Source: an uncultured virus (IMG/VR IMGVR_UViG_3300017528_000566) | Lineage: Duplodnaviria; Heunggongvirae; Uroviricota; Caudoviricetes | Strand: one strand, 5' to 3' | IMG/VR virus record: IMGVR_UViG_3300017528_000566 | DNA: 64,000 nucleotides | Shown: piece by piece, positions 57,188 through 64,000 of the stretch | How the letters are laid out: every line of letters begins with the position of its first letter | How positions within the stretch are numbered: position 1 is the first letter of the stretch | Program-made: the position numbers and the translations under genes | The notes under the pieces: generated by a model | What the model was told of the DNA's origin: nothing | The model's input: only the letters and a program-made list of their open reading frames with translations | The model's database searches: none

Positions 57188-57386
57188 CTTGCCACCACTC
57201 AAAGGCTGGGCCTACAGCATGCGCATGTACGGCAGGACCTACTACCGTAAGCTCCTGCAGGTCCAAGAGCTCGACAGCCAGTGGTATTGCTGGGTGCAGG
57301 GGTGTCCGGAGCAAGTGCCTCACCCGACCATGGAGGCCGCTTGCGAGCAAGCTATGAAACTGGCCCGATCCAAGTTTCCTGAGTAG
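57180..57386 (+). CDS. small hypothetical protein
   Basis: ATG 57180 overlapping previous stop. Confidence 0.55.
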   Translation: MSNLPPLKGWAYSMRMYGRTYYRKLLQVQELDSQWYCWVQGCPEQVPHPTMEAACEQAMKLARSKFPE

Positions 57387-57445
57387 CCCCGCCAATCAGT
57401 TCTTGGTGTAGAGCGCCCTAGCCCTTGACGGTCTGGGGCGCTTGC

Positions 57446-57748
57446 ATGTTGGATACATTTACTCCCTCTTATCGCGTCATACGACGTGAGTGTGTGGCGC
57501 TTTTCCGGCTGTACGGCGGTGAGAAAGACCAGCGGCGTGACTACATTCAAGTTCCGCCCGGAACCGTAGGCTTCGTTACACATGAAGTCCTTGATGAAGA
57601 TGGAATCACGTATCTCATCGTCAAGTTTCGAATCGGGACCCGCATCATCCACGTGAGGTGCGCTCCATCGATGGTCGAGCTCGGGCCGGTCACAGTGGAC
57701 AGCGCTAACGAACCTGGCACGGGGCAAGAGGACACACAGGGCTCTTAG
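57446..57748 (+). CDS. SH3-like hypothetical protein
   Basis: VPPGTVGFV...YLIVKF. Confidence 0.6.
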   Translation: MLDTFTPSYRVIRRECVALFRLYGGEKDQRRDYIQVPPGTVGFVTHEVLDEDGITYLIVKFRIGTRIIHVRCAPSMVELGPVTVDSANEPGTGQEDTQGS

Positions 57749-58008
57749 TCCAGGTCCTGTGGTGCCATGGCTAGCAGCGGCAGAGTCTGCGTCGAATCCC
57801 TAATCTCGACGCGAGACAAGCCCGCGGTCGGGTTTGCGAGCAACTTGGCGACGCACACAGAGGCCGTCTCACCTGAATTGGTCACGTAGGTGTTGACCGG
57901 GGACTCTGGATGCTTCGCCACGTACACGTTGATTTGGTAGCGCTTCGCCGACGCGATCCGTTCGGCAGCGGATGCGAGCAACGACAGGATGACAGGGCTG
58001 GTGGGCAT
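57745..58008 (-). CDS. hypothetical protein
   Basis: GGTGTA 12 nt upstream. Confidence 0.6.
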   Translation of the reverse strand: MPTSPVILSLLASAAERIASAKRYQINVYVAKHPESPVNTYVTNSGETASVCVAKLLANPTAGLSRVEIRDSTQTLPLLAMAPQDLD

Positions 58009-58077
58009 GGTGGCCCCAATTACACCGCTGGCGCTCCTTAGAGCTCGGCCACCGGACCGGTGTACGCAGGGGCTATC

Positions 58078-58302
58078 ATGAAGACAATTGTTGCGATCAT
58101 TCTAGGGCTACTCGCCTTCGTTGTGTCCGCCTGTGTGCTCGGAGCTATCGTATCGCTCCCAACGATGTGGCTTTGGAACTGGGTCGTGCCGACGATCTTT
58201 CACTTGCCAACGATCGACGTATGGCAAGCGTGGGGGCTGTTGTTTCTGAGCGCGCTCCTGCTCAAGTCCGGAGCCTCTGAATCATCGTCCAAGAGTCAAT
58301 GA
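58078..58302 (+). CDS. small membrane protein, phage-type
   Basis: PTMWLWNWVVPTIFHLPTIDVWQAWGL. Confidence 0.75.
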   Translation: MKTIVAIILGLLAFVVSACVLGAIVSLPTMWLWNWVVPTIFHLPTIDVWQAWGLLFLSALLLKSGASESSSKSQ

Positions 58303-58670
58303 GTGAGCTGCCCCCCGCGCCCGGTGTAGAGGCCGCGGTGGACTTCAAAAACGCAGCAGAACGTCGTGCCTGGTTGCTCGCGCGAGTCGAAGAGGTGGAG
58401 CAGCGGCGCAATGCCGGCTCCAAGATTCGGCAGATTCTGCAAAACAGCAATCGCGCCAGGGTCCGAGCCTACATACGGTCAATCCCAGGGTCCACTGTCC
58501 AGCAGATCGCATCAGCGCTTGGCCTAACGCCGGCTCAAGTATGGGGGACAGACCTCCAGCACGATCCCGGCTTCTACCAGACCAGCGGGACCCCGCCGCG
58601 GCGTGGGCACCCGGTACGTTGGTGGCCGGTTACGGGTCCGAGCTCAGAAGCCCAGCCGGAGGGGCTATAG
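58299..58670 (+). CDS. winged-HTH-like protein
   Basis: YIRSIPGSTVQQIASALGLT. Confidence 0.65.
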   Translation: MSELPPAPGVEAAVDFKNAAERRAWLLARVEEVEQRRNAGSKIRQILQNSNRARVRAYIRSIPGSTVQQIASALGLTPAQVWGTDLQHDPGFYQTSGTPPRRGHPVRWWPVTGPSSEAQPEGL

Positions 58671-58694
58671 CGGTTTTGTGGGATCCGTCTATAG

Positions 58695-59363
58695 ATGGGT
58701 CCCGCCGAAAAAGTAGCCCGTAGGTTTGCGTCACAGCAGTTGGTAACCTTGGTTGAATCCAAAGAAACCGGTGACATCTACCGTGGGTATGAGGACTATG
58801 AAGATGCGTGGAAAGGGACGCGCAAAGAGCTTGCCGGCTATGCGAAGGCTTGCGAGCGCTGGGCACCCCTATACCGTCGCATCTCCGATGCAATCATGAC
58901 TCCGAAGATCGCCGACTACGCTGACCTGATGGATGCTCGGGTCCGGGAGATTCATGAAGCAGAGCTGCTGTGTGCGAAATTGGTTCATCAGGCTAAAGTG
59001 TTGGATCAGGAGCTCAAGGCACTAGAGATCCCAGACGAGACCCCGGATGAGCAACTCACCGCAATGGTGACCGAGCTGCCTAGCTACGCCCCCTCTGTCA
59101 GTACCGCGTCAAGCATTGAAGCGATTCATCGGCAGTGGGCGGCTGAAGATGAACATGGCTACTTTGACACGAGCCTCGAAGAGTACCTTTTTGATGGTAA
59201 GCTTCGCAGCCGCCTTTCGCGCGGAGCCCTTCCGAGCAGTCTCAACGACGTAGTTGATCTCAAGACCATAGCGTTCGGGTATCTGCAGGGGGTGCTCAGT
59301 CCGGACACGATCCGCGAGTACGCCATCGAGTACGACTCGGAGGGAGACGAACCCGATGCCTAA
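58695..59363 (+). CDS. hypothetical protein with N-terminal KVARRF motif
   Basis: 222-aa ATG ORF. Confidence 0.75.
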   Translation: MGPAEKVARRFASQQLVTLVESKETGDIYRGYEDYEDAWKGTRKELAGYAKACERWAPLYRRISDAIMTPKIADYADLMDARVREIHEAELLCAKLVHQAKVLDQELKALEIPDETPDEQLTAMVTELPSYAPSVSTASSIEAIHRQWAAEDEHGYFDTSLEEYLFDGKLRSRLSRGALPSSLNDVVDLKTIAFGYLQGVLSPDTIREYAIEYDSEGDEPDA

Positions 59364-59895
59364 GTTCGGCGAGGACTGGATCGCATTGCTGCGCACCCGA
59401 ATCGTTGATGTTGGGTCGCTGGCAGACTTGTTCCGCAAGGTGGGTACGGAGATCGAGTCCCCAAAAGTCATTCGGCAGGCGCAGCTACTTGACCGCTACT
59501 CACAGGGCCTGGAACAGCTCATCAAGCTATCCGTGAAGATGGGGGACCTCGGTGAGCAGTTGCGTGTTCGAGCGCAACGGCAGGACCCTCGGAAGGACCC
59601 AGAGTCTGCGCCGGTCATCAAAGAGCTCCAAAAGACATGCACGGAGGCCGAACGCCTTGCTCATAAGGTATTCGGAATGTCTGTGGATTGGACCCTCGAA
59701 GAGGACATCGGCAGTGGAACGGGGCTCTCTGAGTTTCTGAACAAGAGGCGTCAGCAAGATGACAGGGAGCTGGAGGAGCTGTTCGGGGGAGACCTGAACG
59801 AGCTGGTAGACGACTTTTTAGAGGAAATCACCCGTCGCCGGTACGACTTCCGCCCTCTGCAGTCACGCCCATCCCTTCTGCGACGCCGGCTCTAG
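59356..59895 (+). CDS. coiled-coil hypothetical protein
   Basis: 179 aa, overlaps previous stop. Confidence 0.7.
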   Translation: MPKFGEDWIALLRTRIVDVGSLADLFRKVGTEIESPKVIRQAQLLDRYSQGLEQLIKLSVKMGDLGEQLRVRAQRQDPRKDPESAPVIKELQKTCTEAERLAHKVFGMSVDWTLEEDIGSGTGLSEFLNKRRQQDDRELEELFGGDLNELVDDFLEEITRRRYDFRPLQSRPSLLRRRL

Positions 59896-60416
59896 CGACC
59901 GCGAAACCAAGAGACGAGCAGCGCGACTTGCTTATCGCACATCGCTCGACCCGACCATCGCTCTTGCTTGAGGCAATCGAAGGCGTCCTGGACGATCGTG
60001 GCGGCGGGGGGTGTCCATCGGGTGGCGATGCTTAGGTTCTTCTGCGTGCTGTGCATGATCGGCTCCGGATAGTCGTCCCACAGCTCGAGCGTCTGTCCCG
60101 CCAAGAAGGTGACGCGTGCCGCATCGATCTCCAGCAGGTCGCCGGCTCCCGATGAGATTTGATCGAAGTGTTCGGACACCACGTCAGTGAGCGAGATCCC
60201 CCGCCAGCGCTGGAGCCCGGGGAACGTCTTTGGGCTGTAGCCAAGGGTCACTAGGTGAGCTGCCTCATGGAGGCAAAACTCGATCAAATTGAGGGGCCGG
60301 TACAAATAGGCGCCCGTCATGGTGCTGTTTTCAAGGGTCGTTAGCTTGATCCCGAGCTGTCGAGCTCGACGTTGAGCGACCTTGAACTCGGCGTCTAGAT
60401 TCTCCTTGGCAGCCAT
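59892..60416 (-). CDS. HExxH-motif protein
   Basis: CLHEAAHLV...LEIDA. Confidence 0.65.
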   Translation of the reverse strand: MAAKENLDAEFKVAQRRARQLGIKLTTLENSTMTGAYLYRPLNLIEFCLHEAAHLVTLGYSPKTFPGLQRWRGISLTDVVSEHFDQISSGAGDLLEIDAARVTFLAGQTLELWDDYPEPIMHSTQKNLSIATRWTPPAATIVQDAFDCLKQERWSGRAMCDKQVALLVSWFRGR

Positions 60417-60492
60417 GACTCCAGTCTAGATGCAGCCGCGCACGCCTGCTACCGTGGCTCCCTGGCTAATCATTCTTTGCCCATCGTTAGGT

Positions 60493-61059
60493 ATGGAAAC
60501 CCATCGGGATGTGTGCAGCTTCTTTCGCGAGCGGTTGCTGCAAGCCCTCGCAGCCCTTGATGTATGGGCCACGGAGCCCATCGAGGAGTATCTCGTAAAT
60601 CTACTGTCTTCCTTCACGCAACCGGAACGGGTCCAAGAGCTACATACCCCGTTCGTTGATTCGTTGACCCAAGCGTATTCGACCCGCGGGTTTGAGCGTG
60701 TCTCTCGCCTACGCGGGATTGGTGACTCGGCGCTGTTTCTGTCCGGCTTCTTGTCCGATGCCATGGATTACCGCGGCGTCACCCGCACGTACTGCATTGC
60801 GGTCGGGCAGCGAGCCTATGGTGAGGCTGGGCGGCAGGTTTTCGATATCGGCCCCGGCCCCGACGTGTTCCTTGATCTGGCGCGCCGGTTCGGCGCCTTT
60901 GTGCGAGTACTAGATGAGATCCGCGAGCAAACGTCGCACCGAACGGACGGCGAGCTCCTGCATCTTTATGAACGCTGGCTGGTGAGTGGTAGCCCCGAGC
61001 TCCTTCAGAGACTCGGTCGCCATGGCGTGAGCGTGAGCCGTAACGACGCTGAGGCATGA
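60493..61059 (+). CDS. conserved bacterial hypothetical protein (host-like)
   Basis: YLVNLL...LRGIGDSALFLSGF...Y...G..AY...LLHLYERWL.SGS. Confidence 0.8.
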   Translation: METHRDVCSFFRERLLQALAALDVWATEPIEEYLVNLLSSFTQPERVQELHTPFVDSLTQAYSTRGFERVSRLRGIGDSALFLSGFLSDAMDYRGVTRTYCIAVGQRAYGEAGRQVFDIGPGPDVFLDLARRFGAFVRVLDEIREQTSHRTDGELLHLYERWLVSGSPELLQRLGRHGVSVSRNDAEA

Positions 61060-61347
61060 TCCCGTCCTTGGCTGGCGCCGCTATAATTCGGAGAAAACAT
61101 ACAGTGCTTGGCTGCTAGCCAAAAGCTCTAATAACGGGTCGAGGAAGGACGTCATCGTTGCGGTCCCAGCGCCGGGGGGGGTTGGGCGCTCTTGGGTCCG
61201 GGAACTATAGCGGTGACGTCCTCCTCGAGGAACAGCTAGAGCGGGCTGCCAGCTCCAACCGATCACCCGGGCACTCAACTAATCCCAAACGTGACTTAGA
61301 TCAACACCTTTTGAGTCCGAACATCAGAGCCGCCGAAAAGAGGGACG

Positions 61348-61731
61348 CTACACGGTCTTGAGCTCGCTAGCCGTGGCCTTTGTAGCCGTGGGTTTTGGCG
61401 GATAAGGCCGCAGCTTTCGATCGCACCATGGGCATTTCGGTCGCAGCGTCCTAGTGCTCGCGATGATGTCTAGCGAGATCCAAGTTAAGAACTCGCTCTC
61501 GCTCAGCTGTGCGCAGTCGCTAGCTTTCCTACGGACCTTTTCACACTGTTTCGTGCATGTGTACGGCCATAGTCCGAATTGACATTCGAGATAGTGCCGC
61601 ATGCACATCCAGCGCTGCTCTGACCTCTTCTTGGGTGGCCGGGTCAAGTCCATCGACCACAGAAGGCGGTAGACGACCCCTTTCGCGACGGCAGGATCTC
61701 CGCAACGGCGGCACGGTTTTGTCTTTTTCAC
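61348..61731 (-). CDS. Cys-rich zinc-finger protein
   Basis: CRRC, CMRH, CTKQC, CPWC. Confidence 0.6.
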   Translation of the reverse strand: MKKTKPCRRCGDPAVAKGVVYRLLWSMDLTRPPKKRSEQRWMCMRHYLECQFGLWPYTCTKQCEKVRRKASDCAQLSESEFLTWISLDIIASTRTLRPKCPWCDRKLRPYPPKPTATKATASELKTV

Positions 61732-61808
61732 GATCGTTCCCTTTTCGCTTCATACACCTGTTAGTCGGGATCACTCTACCCTTACATCGGCTCCACAAAA
61801 CACCTGTA

Positions 61809-62333
61809 ATGAGTGGCCTACTAGACTATGGTGCGTATAGTAGGCTCGGAAGAACTATGGACTCCCGCCACATATCCCGGGCCGCCCAATGCGACACTCA
61901 ACTACGGCGGCGAGTAGCCCCTTGCACCGAAGTGCTGCCAGCGAAGCCGAAGAAGCCCTCTGTGTATCATCGTGTGTTGCAGGTGATAGAGGCTTTCCAC
62001 ACGATCGGCTCCCCACTGGACGGCCGTAGTATTGGTGCCGGCTATCGCGTGACTGTCATGAGTGCTCGTCCGTCGGGCTCAATCCACGCTACTTTCCAGG
62101 TTCAGAACGATGGCCGCTATGCCGTAGACTTTCGTCTAGAGGTGATCCCGCCAACCGACGAGGAACGGAGTGAGATTAGTTACACTTGCGTGTCCGCGAC
62201 AAACATCCGGGCCTTCGAGGCACTCTTTGACCTGATGGCGATCAGAAGCCGAGTGCCTACATTTGAGCCGGATGAGGTCGGACAGGTACAGATGGCGTTC
62301 GACTCGATTTTCGGTTGCCGTGACATGACTTGA
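61809..62333 (+). CDS. hypothetical protein
   Basis: 3' part of ORF 61557-62333; start uncertain. Confidence 0.55.
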   Translation: MSGLLDYGAYSRLGRTMDSRHISRAAQCDTQLRRRVAPCTEVLPAKPKKPSVYHRVLQVIEAFHTIGSPLDGRSIGAGYRVTVMSARPSGSIHATFQVQNDGRYAVDFRLEVIPPTDEERSEISYTCVSATNIRAFEALFDLMAIRSRVPTFEPDEVGQVQMAFDSIFGCRDMT

Positions 62334-62401
62334 ACTTTCAGGGTGGTTGCAACGTATTTGTCACAGTAAAGATCGGCAGTGCCGATCGGCAGGAGTACGC
62401 C

Positions 62402-62740
62402 ATGAGCACACAATTCCCTCAAAGTAATCCATCACCTACAGAGCTTCGGGATCGGCAACCAACGCCCCGTAAGCTGGCAAGAGCGCACTATAATGTTCTC
62501 TCCAGGATGGCGGCCAATCCTGAGAACCCTTTGCGCAAGCTTCAGGGGGGCTTTTGGGTTGTCGACCCAGATGCCGATGAGTATCGAGAGGGTGAGTGGT
62601 TCGCCAGCACTCCAGCAGTATCGGCGATGTTGCGTCTCGGCTTCCTGATTGAGCAGGACCCACCGAAGGCCCTAGAGCTCACGCCTCTTGGAATCGAAGC
62701 TCTCAGAACTGGCGTGTATACGCCACGCTCAACCAAGTAA
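62402..62740 (+). CDS. winged-helix-like small protein
   Basis: AGGAG SD; AMLRLGFL...LELTPLGIEAL; TTGAAC-N18-GTATTT at 62330. Confidence 0.65.
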   Translation: MSTQFPQSNPSPTELRDRQPTPRKLARAHYNVLSRMAANPENPLRKLQGGFWVVDPDADEYREGEWFASTPAVSAMLRLGFLIEQDPPKALELTPLGIEALRTGVYTPRSTK

Positions 62741-62968
62741 CCGAGTGCCTGCAACTAAGAGCGGCGAACCCAGCACCCCCTACTTGCGGAGTTGATTGCG
62801 ACACCCCAAGCTGTGTCAGCATTTTCACGTAGGGGGACCCTAGATGAGCCCTGACAAATGGCTCTTGTTCGCAATGCTGGTCGCTGCACCAGGTATTATC
62901 ACGTTGAGTCACCGACTGGCTCTCATAGGCTTGCGGTCCATGGCATGTCGAGCTCGCGCCCGGCGACT

Positions 62969-63373
62969 TTACACAAGCCTGAGATGAGGCTTTTGTTTCG
63001 GAGCTAGGTGCGGACACATCTCGCGCGTGATCGTTACCGCTGGGCCGGCGTGAAGCTCCTGTCGGAGCCACTCGTAGACCGCAATCGAATGCCGGATCAC
63101 GTCGCCGGCTGACATTTGCGTGAAAGCTTGCAGCGACGCGAATACCTGAGCCGCATCTTGGTCCAACGTTAGATGTAGGCTTGCCCCGCCCGGCGGCAAC
63201 CCTTGTTCTTCTATGGCTAGGTCAGCCATCTGCATGGCATGCCTTCTTGCGTCCTCCATCACCTGCTGGCGATGCCTCGCCGGGATCGACTTCGGCGTGT
63301 AATTATGCGTGGTCAACCACATGAGTAGGGCTTGGGTGTAAGCGGAGGCCCAGGCATCGTCGTGCGTGCTCAT
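62969..63373 (-). CDS. hypothetical protein with RHH-like C-terminal half
   Basis: LHLTLD...SAGDVIRHSIAVYEWL; GGTGTA 12 nt upstream. Confidence 0.65.
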   Translation of the reverse strand: MSTHDDAWASAYTQALLMWLTTHNYTPKSIPARHRQQVMEDARRHAMQMADLAIEEQGLPPGGASLHLTLDQDAAQVFASLQAFTQMSAGDVIRHSIAVYEWLRQELHAGPAVTITREMCPHLAPKQKPHLRLV

Positions 63374-63413
63374 GTTGTACTGGCCTACACCAACATGTTA
63401 GGTTCCCGATCCC

Positions 63414-63968
63414 ATGCAACAGCGGCGCCAACTCGAGCGGGAGTTCTTCCACGGAGCGGCCGTTCGACTCGTCTGGGATGTTTCGCAGGAAGTTCTTGAC
63501 GGCCGTCTTCGGATTGGCGGTCGTGCGGGACCAGTGATGCACATCGCGAACCTGTGTCACGAAATGGCACACTTCGTTGAGATCGATGACAGCCGCTGCG
63601 GCGTACTCGGGTGGGGCCTTCGCATCCGGAAGATCTGGGTGATCGATCAGCTGTGCATAGAACCTCTGACGCACCAGGGGACCGATCGAGAGTGCCGAGT
63701 AGCCGCCTACCAGCTCAACTTGATGCGTCACCTCGGATTGCGGGCCACTCCGGAGAAGCTCGTTCGACCGTTTCACTACCAAGCGGATTGGTGGAACGTG
63801 CCAGGCGGCCCTGGTGACAAGGGTCGTCTCCGCTGGTGCGCCGATCAGGTCAAGGCGTTGAGCGACAAGCCAGAATACCAGATCGACGCATTCACTCGGG
63901 AATGGTGGCGCAAGAATCATGTGCTGGCGCATCGCTACGAGGCGCTGGCACAACGCTACGGCTCGTGA
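63414..63968 (+). CDS. HExxH-motif protein
   Basis: NLCHEMAHFVE...DRECRV. Confidence 0.7.
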   Translation: MQQRRQLEREFFHGAAVRLVWDVSQEVLDGRLRIGGRAGPVMHIANLCHEMAHFVEIDDSRCGVLGWGLRIRKIWVIDQLCIEPLTHQGTDRECRVAAYQLNLMRHLGLRATPEKLVRPFHYQADWWNVPGGPGDKGRLRWCADQVKALSDKPEYQIDAFTREWWRKNHVLAHRYEALAQRYGS

Positions 63969-64000
63969 TTGTTGGTGTAGTTGTGAGACGTGGCGGATCA

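Noticed and set aside
1..64000. tRNA, rRNA, terminase, capsid, cas1/cas2 or sigma factor genes
   Set aside because: None recognised by eye, so the phage assignment remains an inference from gene content and organisation

Overview
This GC-rich 64-kb window is densely packed with short hypothetical ORFs on both strands and has no housekeeping operons, rRNA or tRNA. It reads as part of a very large phage or phage-like extrachromosomal element; the host is probably myxobacterial, an inference from a few host-like genes. Recognisable genes include a catalytic-domain-only tyrosine recombinase inside a repeat-rich origin-like region (1.2-3.9 kb), a DNA methyltransferase, a sigma54 NtrC-type response regulator, a Bro-N protein, several HExxH peptidases, a DEDDh exonuclease, a PD-(D/E)xK-like nuclease, a repeat-containing tail-fibre-like protein, an AAA+ ATPase, a Walker-A-less RecA-like protein and many paralogous families. 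The standout locus is a stand-alone Cas12m/type V-U1-like gene (36777-38810, minus strand) with a degenerate RuvC and an internal duplication. Directly after it lies a ~1.05-kb non-coding array of 15 or more repeats that diverge in sequence but keep a hairpin (minus-strand consensus ~ATGGATGCTCAG-N11-CTGAGAC), which standard CRISPR finders would probably miss. Two recurrent promoter-like motifs sit just upstream of start codons (GGTGTA-N9-13-ATG and TTGAAG-N17-GTAT-N7-ATG), suggesting element-specific, largely leaderless transcription. All family calls come from motif recognition by eye; no searches were run.
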